From: Cyanophora paradoxa CCMP329
Taxonomy: Eukaryota; Plantae; Glaucophyta
Length of the DNA: 64,000 bases
Direction: 5' to 3'
Assembly (NCBI GenBank): GCA_004431415.1
Contig: QPMI01000015.1
Location: 62,001 to 126,000, forward strand
Below are positions 34,739-46,920 of this stretch, piece by piece. Numbering within the stretch: position 1 is the stretch's first letter; each line of letters starts with the position of its first letter. The notes beneath the pieces were generated by a model that was not told where the DNA came from, ran no database searches, and saw only the letters and a program-made list of their open reading frames with translations. Made by a program: the position numbers and the translations under genes.

Positions 34739-35137
34739 ATGAATCATCGCGGTTTCCATGTTATGTTAGATTACAAGTTCAATCATCCATTGATGGTGGG
34801 ATTGGACAACATAGACACCACAACGAAGTGGTTAATGCAATTTTTTCAATCTATTATTCAAGAACAAGGTATCCGAGTTGTTCACAAGCATTGCGAGATT
34901 TTCGATGGTGGTGTTTCGCCACCGGGTTTTGCGATGGTATTACTTCTCGATGAGAGCCATTTAACCGCTCATTGTTATTCGGATCAAGGAATGTTAGCGA
35001 TTGATGTATTCACTTGCGGAACAGAAGCGCAAAGTAAGACCTCCGTAATATCTAAATTGATAGATGAGAGAATAACAGAGATCTTTTCAGGGTTGGAGAA
35101 AGCGGAGAAGCAGATAGCAGCGCGATTTCCGAGTTAA
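34739..35137 (+). CDS. speD: Prokaryotic-type (class 1B) pyruvoyl-dependent S-adenosylmethionine decarboxylase proenzyme
   Basis: GFHVMLD N-terminus; G...VLLLDESHLTAHCY (E-S self-cleavage site); AIDVFTCG; 132 aa. Confidence 0.9.
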   Translation: MNHRGFHVMLDYKFNHPLMVGLDNIDTTTKWLMQFFQSIIQEQGIRVVHKHCEIFDGGVSPPGFAMVLLLDESHLTAHCYSDQGMLAIDVFTCGTEAQSKTSVISKLIDERITEIFSGLEKAEKQIAARFPS

Positions 35138-35187
35138 TCACACTGTGATTTTGAAGAAATATAACATGTATTATTGAATATCGTCAT

Positions 35188-35442
35188 GTGTAACAGGTGT
35201 AACAGGTAAATCCCAAACTTCGCTCCTAGGAGGTGAAAAATCCAAAACTTTGGGATTTACCTGTTACACCCGTTACACCTTGGGATTCACCTGTTACATC
35301 TATCAAACAAAGCATTAATATATTCGATTCCTTACATTGATTATAGTGTCATGTAACAGGTGTAACAGGTGTTTCCCAAACTTTCCTCCTAGGGAGGCCA
35401 AAAATCCAAAACTTTGGGATTTACCTGTTACACCTGTTACAC
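35188..35442. promoter_or_regulatory. GTGTAACAG hairpins 2 (35188-35278) and 3 (35352-35442, overlapping the right TIR edge)
   Basis: Near-identical arms and loop (CTCCTAGG.AGG) to 18460-18551. Confidence 0.7.
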
Positions 35443-36474
35443 GTTGGGATTCACCTGTTACACGTTGGGATTCACCTGTTACACATTGATTATCGACTGT
35501 TTAATTGGACATGTTACACTTGAAACACAATTTTGATACAGTAAAAAACAGAATCCAATCTCATCGATTGTTTAATTGGACATAATGCAACTCTGGGGTC
35601 ATTTTTGATACAGTAAAAATCGAACCGCAATCTCATCGATTGTTTAATTGGACGTAATGCAACTCTGGGGTCATTTTTGATACAGTAAAAATCGAACCGC
35701 AATCTCATCGATTGTTTAATTGGACATAATGCAGTAACCATCCCTTCCAACAAAATACGCCGCAATCTCATCGATTGTTTAATTGGACATAATGCAGTAA
35801 CGAGTGAATTATTTTCATCCGATATTTCATCGATTGTTTAATTGGACATAATGCAACTCTGGGGTCATTTTTGTTTCCCGCAATCTCAACGATTGTTTAA
35901 TTGGACATAATGCCGTAACGAGTGAATTATTTTCATCCGATATTTCATCGATTGTTTAATTGGACATAATGCAGTAACCATCTCTTCCAACAAAATACGC
36001 CGCAATCTCATCGATTGTTTAATTGGACATAATGCAACTCTGTGTGAATTTTTGCGTTTTACGATAGAATGGGCGGTGGACTACTTCAATCGTGATTATA
36101 TCACAAATTTATGTTCCGTCAATCGAGATTATATCGAATTTGCATAAAATACATATTAATCGCGTTTATTGCGTTAAAATCACACATAGAGAAACGCGGC
36201 GTTTAAACCGGAGGCAAGATCTAATTAAGATCCAGTTATATTATTCGGAAACTTATAAAAATTCAAGATTGATTTAAGTAAGACAAATCGAAATTAAGAT
36301 AAATTTACAATAGAACATCAATAAATTATCAATAAATTACACAAAATTCAAAATATTAAAGAATTCGATAGATTTCACACAGATTATCGATTGATTGATA
36401 TAAATTATACGAGAGATATAAACAAGATCAATTAAGATAAGCCGAGGGTTTAAACGCCGCGTTTCTCTATGTGT
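35414..36474 (-). repeat. Right terminal inverted repeat (1061 bp)
   Basis: Mirror of 13866-14926; mirrored ORFs 14569-14826 and 35514-35771 translate identically. Confidence 0.96.
35490..36035 (-). repeat. Mirror copy of the interspaced repeat array in the right TIR
   Basis: TCATCGATTGTTTAATTGGACATAATGC repeated with the same spacers in reverse order. Confidence 0.92.
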
Positions 36475-39036
36475 GACGCTGCTCAAGCTCACGCTCCGCT
36501 CAGAAAGCGGCCGGAGGGTCCGTAAGGGCGCTTGCGCAGCGGGCCAGCTCATGATCATGATCAGCGGCTGCAGCAAGCATGCGCATCGCGCGCGCGGGGG
36601 GGGTCTGCGTCGCGCGCGCGCGGGGGCTCTTCGTCGCGCGGCGCGCGCGCCGCGCGGGCGTCGGCTCGTTGCAAGTGGCATAGCCGGCCAAGTGCGGCCG
36701 GCTTGCGGCCGTCTTGTGCAATTGCGTCGGGGCGTGCGCGGTTGGCGCGGCTAGCCGCTGAGCCACAGCAAACTGCCGCGCGCGCGAGAGGCGTAACCAT
36801 TGTTGAGCCGAGCCGAGCTGCGGCGCCCGGGGGAGAAAGCGGCCGGGGGGTACTTTAAGAGGTTTCTCAGGGTAAGTTCGCACTCTCCAATGTGATTGGC
36901 TAGCGCGCGCGGCGTCCTCCCTCGCGACCGCGCTCGTGCCCGGCCTCGTTCCTGCAGAACGGAATGTCAAGCATGATGCAAGCATTGACCTCGAACTGGT
37001 CTGGCCCGTATATCTGCTCCCTGTGCGTCGCTGGACCCATTTTTGTCCCGGGTGTTGGTGCCTGTTCCTGGATCACCCTTTGGTCGGACGGGACCGGGAG
37101 ACACGGTTTCGGGGTCCCCTGGGGATGGGCTTTCAGGGTGTACCGCGCGGCCCGGGTTTTGAGGAGGTCGGGGAAACGCGATTTGGGGTAGGGTTAACGT
37201 TGGGCCCAAAGGAGAGGGACAGGGGAAGTGTTTTACCCTTCCCCAAATATTGAAAGATAACAAGTTAATAATAAATGAAAGATATAGCAGACACTCGCAG
37301 ATCTAGAGGGATCTAGAAGATATTAATATTCGAGTATTCCGCCAGATCTAGATATATTCACGCTCTCAGAATCGAATATAGAAAGGGGCCCGGGGGCCCG
37401 CGGCCGGGGGCTGACCGTACCCGGCTGACCGTCAGACCTGTCTCAGAGTCTTAGAGCTCGAGTCTTACCGGGTAGGGCTGTCGATGTCTTTGCCCGAAGT
37501 CGACGTCGCGTGGCGAAATCAAGACGCTGGTTGAATAATTTTGAATAATTTTAATTTCGCGGAACAAATACGTACTGGCCATTATAATTACGTATACATT
37601 GTTTTTGGTGAATTACCGACCACAGCCTCTAGTCTACTCCAGCACTGTGGGGGCGTGTACAGGCAAGGTAGGGCAGGATCGTATGATATTCTGGAACGGG
37701 CGGGATTCGAAGGCGTGATTCTCATCGCAGGGCGATTCGAACACGGGAGGCATGGATCAGACAGCGTGTATGATAACGTATACATGGAAGCTATACCGTG
37801 TAACACAAAAATATGGCTGACAGATTTATGTCGTTATAAAACTTGGCCCTTCTGTTGGTGCAATATGCATATGGCGGCCCCAAATTATGTCGTCATGAAA
37901 TTTTCAGGCTTGTGTGGGGCAGCACATTGTATGGGGCGACTCACTGAGCCTCAAAAGGTTACACCGCGTTAATTTATGCCGCAGTAATTTAGTGCCCGAC
38001 GGACCGGCGACGGTGGTAGCATTTGCCGCAGTAATTTAGGACCATACTGCCAGGCCTATAGGCTGCCCACTGGGCCAGGCGTCGCGCGCACTGCGGCACT
38101 GCAGGCGGCCGCGGCCCAGCCGGGGCCAGTGGCCTGGCACTGGCACCCGCACTGCTCAGCGGCTGCCAGTCTGCTGGCAGTGCTGGCACTGGCTGGCAGT
38201 GGGCCACGCCGTGACTCACTGAGTCAGTGACTACCGTAGTACGGCCCAGTCTACGGCCGCAGACTACGGGTACTAGCCTAGTAGCTGCAAATGGCATCAC
38301 TGAGTCACTGCCGGCGAGTCTCAGAGTCTGCCGCATCAGATTATATATATATAGATTCAGATATCGATGCAGATCTAGACTGCAGTGCGGCCAGTGCCCG
38401 CTTATGCAGCATATATATATGATAACCTTTGAACGCTAGCTCACTGAGTCATGATCATGATCAGCCTCAGCCTAGCGCTAGCTGGCAGCGGCTGCAGCTT
38501 CAGGCTTCAGCGCGCTGACAGCTGCCTGCAGCGACTGCATGCATATGCCGCAGTGCGCAGGCTGCGCAGCCTACCTGGTAGGCCTAGGCCTGGGGACCCC
38601 GATCCTCCAGAATAGATCTAGATCTGCACTGTCTGACCGGTACCAAGCATATGGTTGCAACTGGTACTGCATGCGCAGCTGCAGCCGGCGATGAAGGGGT
38701 CGTCTCCCGCTGGCGACGAAGGCGTCGTCTCGAGCTAGCACTGCATGCGCAGGTTCGAATTCGCATGCACTCACATTTATGTATAGCTGGAGTGAACAAG
38801 CTTGATCATGACCATGAGTCGTTCGAATTCGAACGTACGCGTGCAGAGCCTCGGCGCGGCGTTGACGACGACGACGCTTGCTGCATCTGATCATGATCAA
38901 GTGAATCGTAGTACATGTACATGTCCATGTATATGCATGCGTATGCATATGCACAAGCTTAAGCGCGGTATACGTACCGCGGCCGGTGCGTCCGGAATAT
39001 CGATCGTGCATGTGTACATATCAACGTGTATATATA

Positions 39037-39896
39037 TGCTTCCTGCAGAAGTCGACATATCCCAATACGGGTGGACGCACACAGCCTCCAAAATTCCCAT
39101 TTTCGGCATCTTCTTCATTCCCTTCGTCCCCACAAAAACCAGCCGCTTCCTCAGCCGCATTCCAATCATCAACATTGTGGCCGAGTACACGTTCTACCTT
39201 CCGAGCGTTAGGGCGCTGAGTAAAGTGGTAGAGATCCTGGGCATCACGTCCGCCCTCATCATCGGTGCAGCAACCGGCTTGGCCAGCTCTGTCGACATTG
39301 ACGAGCTTCGGACGGCGGACGAGCGATTCACCAGCCCCCCTTACTTTGAGACTACGGCCTGGGTCTACGACATGCGCCCTTCAACCTACCTCGCCAACTG
39401 CTTGACTACTTCATTTTTCTGCTCTCTTGCTGTTTTGATCTGCTCGAGTGTTATTCTGTTCTTCATTTCCAACCTTGGAACAGAAAATGATGACCAGCCA
39501 GTTCCGAGGTCGTGGTATACTCCAATGATTCCTGTTTTGCTCTCCAACGTTGCTTTGTTTATTCTTTCTATAATTTTAGCTTCACTCGCTTTTAGTACGC
39601 TTTTGATCATCAAGTTCCCCGACTATGATGTAGAGGGCACGGGGCAGGTCCACTTCACACTGTCTTCCGTCAAAGGCTTCAATGTTCTCATTGCCTCGTA
39701 CATATTTCCGATAATGCTCGCGTTTCTTTTAATTATCGTTTCCCAGGCCGTCTTCTTGCACCGGCTTGGTCTCAGAGATCCAGAAGATCTAGAGAAAGAT
39801 GAGGCGCCGAAAGACATCAATTGCGACGATCTAGATTGCCAACGCCCCAGCTGCAGGCCTGTAGATCTAGATAGTATCAAGCCACCGTCACTTTGA
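39037..39896 (+). CDS. Multi-pass membrane protein of unknown function (5' end uncertain; there may be upstream exons)
   Basis: Long ORF (38802-39896) with about 4-5 hydrophobic segments; uninterrupted and lower in GC than its neighbours. Confidence 0.65.
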
Positions 39897-40057
39897 AAAT
39901 GCGCGTACTATATATACAGTCGAATTCTTTATTTTCCAATCGAATTCTTTATATACGTACGCACTTTTTGCACACTATATATATGCTCATTTGCACGCGG
40001 CCGCGGAGTGAACCCAAAATTAGCCTATAATTAACGAGAACCGGGCTCCATAATTAA

Positions 40058-43000
40058 CTACAACATGTCAGAGTCGACGTCGCTGCCGCCGGAGCTGCTC
40101 TCTGCCTGCGCCTGCGGCGGATGCTGCTGCGGCGGCGGCCGAGGAGGATCGAAGGCGGGGGCCGCTCTCGCGCCAGGCCCGCCGGCCACGTCGGGCCCGC
40201 GGGCCCAGGTGGCCTTGACCGGCGCCTGCGACGGGGCGGCGCCGGCGGCAGCAGCTGCTGCTGCAGGCCGTCGCGGCGCCGGCCGCCCGCCGCGCCGCAG
40301 GATCGACGAGAGGGAGAAGGGCGGATGCACCGAAGGATGCGCCGACGGGCCCGACAGCAGGAGCGCGCGGAGGCGCCCCGGGGCCGCCTCGACGGGGGAG
40401 AGCCCCGCGGCGTCCGGGGGACCCTCGAGGGACGCCCCCGCTGCGACCATCGCCCGCGCGCTCTCGGCCCGCCCCCGCTGCGCATTCCTCAGAGAAGGGG
40501 CGCAAGGACGGAAAGGTCAGGAAGGAGCGGGGACCTGGCAGGCGACGTGGAGCGGGGTGCGCCCCGCCGCGTCGCGGGCGGCGAGGGCGCCTGGCGCCCG
40601 CGCGCTCGCGAGCATCGCATCCAGCAGGACGCTCTTGTGCTTACCCCGCGCCGCCACGTGCAGCTGCGGGGCGCGCGGGGGCGGGGAGCGCAAGTCAGCC
40701 TCGCAGTACAGCGACAGAGCAATAACCTCCAGTAAGAGAAATATTAATGGAGCGAGCTCGAGGGCGCTGGCGGCCGCGCGCGTACGCGGGCGGATCGGAC
40801 GGACCGCCGTTCGGCCGGCGGGGTCCTGCGCGGACAGGTCCGACGCGGCGACGAGCTCCGCCGCCGCCCCGCGACGGCCTCGCGCGCCGCCGCCCGGTCG
40901 GAGGGCGCCGCGGCCGGCCGCGACCACGGGCGGCGCGCGGCGAGCTCCATCAGCGGCGTCGCGCCGGCCGCGTCCCGCACGCGCGCCGCCTGCGCACGAC
41001 GGCAATTGCAATCAGCTATCGTCCCGCGTCTTAGGCCTCGATGCCCGCGCGCGTTCCCGAAGCGGCGCCTCATACAATCCGTACTGAAACCTTATAATTA
41101 TAGCTAAGAAGAGATTGAAGGAGAGGGAGCGGAGCGCACGGCCGGGCACTTGGCGAGGAGGGCGCGGAGGAGGCGGGCGGCGGACTCCGCTCCGCCGCCG
41201 CCTTCGGCGTTGCCGGCGCCTAACTCCCGCAGGGCGTGCAGGGCGCAACGGCCGTCCGCGTCCTGCGGCGCGCGCGCCGCGAGCGGGTCAGAGCAGAGCG
41301 ATCTGAACGGCTCAGAGCGCCGCTCAGATCTGAGCCGTGCGCGTGCACGCGCCTGAGCGGCGGGGTCCGAGTAGGGGAGGAGGGCCAGGGCCGCGTCGTG
41401 CCTCCGGCGGCACGCGATCGCGAGCGGCGTGCGGCCTGCGAAGGTGTTAAGGAGGAGTAGGCTTTAGGAGGGGGGCCGAGCTCGAGGGACCGATCGGGTC
41501 GCGGCGGGCGGCGGCGGCCGCGGCCGCCGCGGGCTCCGGGAGGAGGGCCAGGAGGTCGCCTACACCCCAGACCGTGGGCACCGCCGCCGCCTTGAGTAAA
41601 GAGAGAGAGAGAGAGATCAAAAGTCAAAGGAGAAAACCAAATGGAGTAGCGGGGTACGGGTGCGAACGTAGTGGAGGACGCTGTACCCCAGGTCGTCCGC
41701 GGGCTCCAGCGGGGCCCCCCGGGCCACGAAGGCAGCCGCCGCGGCACGCGTCTTCGGGTGCCACTCCCCCTGCGAATCGAATCTCAAGTCGAACTTGGCT
41801 CGACTACGGTACGTATTTGAATACGTACCGGGAGGCTTGCGCGGGCGGCGTCGCCAGGGGAGGGGCGGAGGAGGGCGAAGAAGGGTGAGGGCAGGCCGGG
41901 CGGGGCGGGGCGCCAGTCGGCCCCCGCCTCCAGCAGCGCCACGACCGCGCCGGTGGCCCGCGCCTCGCAGGCGACGTACAGCGCAGTCCTGCACGAGGGC
42001 CCCTTCATGATTAGCCGGGATGAAAAGACTCATAGATGAGCAGCGCATTCATAAATCACTAAATTTATCCGCCGAGATTGATCATTGCATTGACCAGACG
42101 ATCAAGCTTAAGGATGCCGTTTCTTTTAGATTAGCGAGTGCATCGATTTCATCATCACCTGCCGGAGTGGTCCTGGGCGTCGATGGGGGCGCTCGGGGCG
42201 CCGCCAGCGGCCGCCCGGGGCGCGAGCAGGGCGGAGACGAAGGACGGGTCGGCCTGCGCGGCGGCGGCGTGGAGCGCCGTGGCCCCCTCGTCGTCCCTCG
42301 CCGCCGCGTCGACCTCGGCCCGCTCTGCAAACGAAGTGTTCGGACGAGGCGAACGCGGAGCGCGCCGCGAACGAAGCGTTTGGATATGCACGTACCCAGG
42401 AGGGCCTTCAGCACGGGGAGGCCCCCCGGGTTGCGGGCGGCGAGGTGGAGGGGGGTACGCCCGCCCGGCCCGGGAGAGCGCAGGTCCGCCCCGGGGGCGC
42501 CCACCAGCGGCCCCGCGACCTCCGTGGCGGGGTTGTCCCTCTCCAGCAGGCGCTCCAAGGGGGTACGGCCCTCGCGATCTGCGGATTTTCACGCGTAGGT
42601 ACGACGAGACAGAAGGAGGAGAAGAAGAAGAGCTGTACCCCGGAGATTCACGGCGCGGGGGCACGCCGCCACGATGGCCCGAACGGCATCGGCCGCGGCC
42701 GTGGGGGCGTGAGGGGGGCCCCGGAGCAGCGCGCCGAGGAGGGGCCGCCCCTCGCCGTCCTGCGGCCCCGGCTCGGGCTCGTCATCGATCGCGAACCGAA
42801 TTCGAAGCGAAGGCCGAAGGCGTCGTCGTGTGAAAGGCTAAAAATAGCGCACGGGGATGCAAGGGTCGGCCCCGAGGGACAGGAGCGCCTGGAGCGCGCC
42901 GAGGGCGGCGGGACCCCATGTCTTCGTTCCCGCCAAAACCTGCGCTATTTTTAGATTGGATTGGATCTATTTTTAGCGCAGCGGACCTGGAGGGGGGTAG

Positions 43001-43753
43001 CGGTGGGGCCTTCGGAGAGGTACGCGCCGGCCTTCTGAGGGGAGAGCGCCCGCGCGTTCGCGGCGCCGGCGAGGCCCCAGCCCCGGAACAGCTGCGCCAG
43101 CCGCCCGATCGTGAGGGTCCCAGTGGGAAGAAGGGCCTTAGTTGGACTAAGACGCGCGCGCGACCTCGGCAATGTCGCTCGGGAGCGGTTGCGCGTTCGG
43201 CTTCGCGCAGTTGGCAGCGACGAGGTGCAGCGCCGTGGAGCCCGGGGGGTACAGCGGCGTCAGCGTCGGGCTGCCGTCCGCCGAGTGTAAGCGCAGTTGC
43301 GGGGGGGTACATGTATATCAAGGGATCAGCGTACATGTCCGTTCCCAGCCCCATTGGGTAGGGCGCGCCCTGCGGTCGGAATCGGTCCCAGCCACCCATG
43401 AGAGAGAAGCTAAAAATAGCCTTTAAGCTGAAGCGCGCACCCAGGGGTCCGGCTGGCGTCGCCAGGCGCCGGGCAGGCACGCGGCGCGGGGGTCGGCCCC
43501 CCGGGCCGCGAGGCGGCGGGCCAGGTCCCAGTGGCGCTCGCCCGGGGCGGTCCCGTTGGCGGCCTGGAGGAACGGGGTGAGGCCGCACGGGTCCCGCCCC
43601 TCGAGCCCCGCGCAGGGGACGCCCGCCGGCCTCCCCGGTCCAGCGCGCCCTCCTAAGGGGGAGACGTTAGGGGGGGGGGGGGGGGGGGGGGAGGGGGAGG
43701 AGGAGGGGAGGGCGCACGCGGGCGGCCTCCGAGGGGACCCCCGCGCGGGCCAA
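40058..43753 (-). CDS. Multi-exon ankyrin-repeat coding region
   Basis: Motifs GLTPFLQAA, GRTPLHLAARN, GATALHAAA, RTALYVAC...LLEAGAD, GYSVLHY and GRTPLHVAC in successive minus-strand exons; stop after DVDSDML. Confidence 0.8.
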
Positions 43754-43797
43754 CTGCAGCGGATCCGGACGCAGTTCAAAGCTCAGCGGCCGGCAGT

Positions 43798-43960
43798 TCA
43801 AAGTTTACGCTTAAAAATCGCTCCTAGAACTCTCATGCTATATTTGAAGGGAGTGCCGACCTCTGCATAGAAATTTCCGTCGACGATGAGGAGGCCCGGC
43901 CGCGCGCGCCGCAGCTGCTCTCGCAGCGACCTTCCTCCTCCTCCTCCTCCTCCTCCCCCC

Positions 43961-44001
<41 letters not shown>

Positions 44002-45677
44002 GCCGCCGCCGAACATGCCGCCGCCGCCGCCAAAGCCGCCGGCCCCGACCGGAGCCCCGAAGAGGCCGCCCGGGGCGGCAGCGTTGCCGGCGGCCGCCGG
44101 ACCCCCGCCGAGAAGCCCCGGGACCGGCGGCGCGTCGTTCCCGACGATCGTTACCCCGCCTCCGCCGCCGACGATCGCTCCGAACTGGAGCCCGCCCGGA
44201 TTCGGAGCCCCAAAGAGCCCGGCGTGGGCCCCGCCGCCGTCCTCCGCTGCCCCAAAGGGACTACCGCCCGCCGCCCCAAAGGGACTACCGCCCGTCGCCC
44301 CGAAGCCGCCCCCGCCTGCCGCCCCGAAGCCACCCCCGCCTGCGGCCCCGAAAACGGCGCCGTCGGCTGCTCCGAAGCCGCCCCCGCCTGCCGCCCCGAA
44401 GCCGCCCCCGCCTGCCGCTCCGAATACGCCTCCGTCGGCTGCTCCGAAGGCGGCCACGCCTGCAGCTGGGTTCCCAAAGACGCCGTCGTCGTCGGCTGCT
44501 CCGAAAGCTCCGCCGCCTGCGGCGCCGAAGCCGCCGCCTGCCACTCCGAAGTCGACGCCGCCTCCACCGAACAGGCCGCCTCCCCCTGCGTCGTCCGGCG
44601 GCTGCAGGGCGTCAGCTTGGGCGCAGCGTCTGCAGGGGCTGATGGGACATGCAGGCACCAGGTACAGCTGTGCGAGCTTGGGCGCGGCGTCGAGGAGCGC
44701 CTGCGCGAACCCGCCCAGGTCGCCCTGCCGCGCGACGACACCCGTCACGTCCAGCGCGATCAGCTCGGGGAGGCTGGGGGTACAGCATCAGAGAAGGGGG
44801 GGGCGGGGGCGACGACATGGGGAGGGAGGCCGGGCGCACTGAATCCCTTCGAAGGCCGCCTTCAGGCACTCGGGGCCGCCGATCACAGTGGCGCTGCGCG
44901 GCGCGGGTCAGCCTTCGCCAGTGTTTTGAATGCTGCTGGATGAGCGCACGCGAGGTAAATGTGCTGCACGGACGCGCGGCAGGCCTGAATGCAGGCCCGC
45001 AGGACCCTGTAGCCTATCTTGAGGCCGGAGAGGTTGAGGAGGCGGAGGCGGGGCAGGGGAGGTAGAGGCTCCTCGAAGTCCCCGAGGCGCGACCCTCGCA
45101 GCGGGCGGAAGAACGCCGCGGAGAGGTGAGTGAGCTCGTTTGTATGCGAGAGGATCTGCCGTCCGACAGGCGCGCTTCAGAAAGAGCGCGGCGGCGGCCG
45201 CGCGGCAGATCTAGACTCGGGCTCGCCTTGTAGATGTGGCGCTCGGAGAGCTGATGGAGCCCGCTGAAGCAGAGGCGGCGGATGTGGCGACTCATCTTGA
45301 GGCATGCGCCGACGGCCAGGCTGGGCGGGTCCCGGTCCTGAGAGGTCCGCGCGAGCGCGATCCGGATCCCGGAACGAATTCGAAGGTTAGCGCGGGGAAG
45401 AAGGGGAATCCTGGGTTTTGGAAAGCGATCATACCGATAAGATGGGTTCCTCGAAGAGCGACGGATGCCAGCAGGCGGCGCGCAGCTGCCTGGCGGCCGC
45501 GCCCAGGTTGCACAGCGCTCTGAGCCCGTCCGCCGCGACGAAGCGCGCCACGATAACCAGCACCTCATCTGCAATTCGAATGAGCGAATAAGTAGGTTCG
45601 GTGCATCCGCGACACGAACCTGGCACTGACAGGAGACCGGCCTCTGCAGCGTTGAGCTGCGCTGCTGCAGCTTCCAT
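43798..45677 (-). CDS. F-box/LRR-like protein with a Gly/Ala-rich FG-repeat tract; may be spliced to the ankyrin region
   Basis: MEAAAAQL...LLSVP|DEVLVIVARFV...LCNLGAAARQLRAACWHPSLF (F-box-like); 24-bp repeats encoding GGGFGAA and a poly-Gly (GCC)n tract at ~43930-44570. Confidence 0.6.
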
Positions 45678-45789
45678 TTCGTCGACCAGAGCCAGCGCTG
45701 GCGTGCGCCCAACGCGTTTGAAACGCCCGCTGGCACCGCTACGGCGCTGCTGCGGCCGCTGCGGCGCTGCCGGCTGAAGGGGTACGGAG

Positions 45790-46920
45790 ACCCAACGCAT
45801 CATGTTCTCGGTCGCCGGCGCCGTGAGCCAGCCCCTGAGCGTCCGCTCCGCGGCGCCGCCGGACCGTGGTGCCACCTGCACCGCGAGCCAGCACCAGCGG
45901 GCCAAACGCGCCGCCGAAGCCGCCGCGCGCAGCTGGCTCGGCAGCCCCGCGCAGCTCTCGCGGTCGGCCTGCATGGCAACCCGTGGCAGTTCGTTTGGTG
46001 GCAACGGCGCGCGCACGGCGCGTGCTGGCGGCAGGCGAGATCGTGCGGCCGGCGATTCGCGCTTCGCAGCCTATCGAATCGCAGGTCGCGCCCGCTCGCG
46101 GGTCGCATTTCCAGGGCTCGTGCGAGTGTGCTTGCCGTTTGTGTGGGAAACAGAGCCATTGCGGCGGCACCGCCTTAGTGGCCGCCGGCACGCACCAGCT
46201 GCGGCCCGGCCTCTCGATCCAGCGGGTGCGCCCGTCTCGTAGTCGCCGCGGCTTGCGCTTCTAACGCCTTTGGACAGGTCCGCAAGGCAAGCTGCGGGCG
46301 GGAGCGGTCGGGGCGTCCACGGGGGCCGGTCCCTGAGCTCGGGCGCGCGGGCGTGGCGGGCGGGCGGGCGGGACCCATGCGGCCGCCCCGCGCTCATGAC
46401 GGCTGCTAAGTGATTCCCCTCGTGCACTCCGGTGCGCTTGCAGCCCGCACCGCGGCCTCCCGTCCTCCCCCGCCGCCGCTGACGTTTGCCCGGCCAGCAT
46501 TTTCCATGTACCCCTCCACGCTGACCCCCGCGGGGACCCGCCGGCCTCGGCATCAGACTCGTCTTGTCGCCCCCGTTCCAACGAGGTGCGACACGCCGGG
46601 GCGCGGCGGGGTAGAATAGGGTACCCCCCTCGGCCCCCCACGCCGACCTTCGCCCCAGGACGCCGTTGAACTTCCCCCCGCCCCTCTCGAGTGTGGCGAA
46701 TCCGATGGTGCGCCTCTCGCGGGCCGCCGGCGCGCGCTCGACGAGATCTCACCCACCCAGTCCGACGGTCCTTCGCTCAGGTACCCCCGAGCTTTTGGGG
46801 CCGGCGCCTGCGCCGTCGGAGCGCGGCCGGCCACCTTTAGCGCGGCGTTGGACTTCGCCGCCTTTGGCGCGTGCGGCCTGCTGGCGGCATCCGTGGTCCG
46901 TCTTCTCGCTGCTCTCCGGT
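45790..46920 (+). repeat. Segmental duplicate A: orphan SufE transit-peptide sequence plus ~850 bp shared with ~49430-50500
   Basis: GCCGCCGCGCGCAGCTGGCTCGGCAGCCCCGCGCAGCTCTCG occurs near 45920, 49545 and 53180; downstream 46050-46900 aligns by eye with 49660-50480. Confidence 0.85.

Larger units (their letters stand above)
13866..36474. mobile_element. Complete integrated Polinton/Maverick-like element, 22,609 bp
   Basis: TSD GACGCT at 13860-13865 and 36475-36480; termini ACACAT...ATGTGT; 1061-bp TIRs; pPolB and rve integrase genes; gene-dense, intronless and much lower in GC than the flanks. Confidence 0.97.

Noticed and set aside
13866-36474. Bacterial prophage or contaminating contig
   Set aside because: An exact TSD joins it to intron-containing host DNA, and pPolB plus rve integrase plus long TIRs are Polinton hallmarks.
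13311-37472. CCCGGTAA (13311) / TTACCGGG (37465) as ends of an older transposon enclosing the Polinton
   Set aside because: Only 8 bp match and no flanking TSD.
37541-37972. 143-aa ORF right of the element
   Set aside because: Non-ATG start, no motif, and it overlaps a dispersed-repeat-like region.
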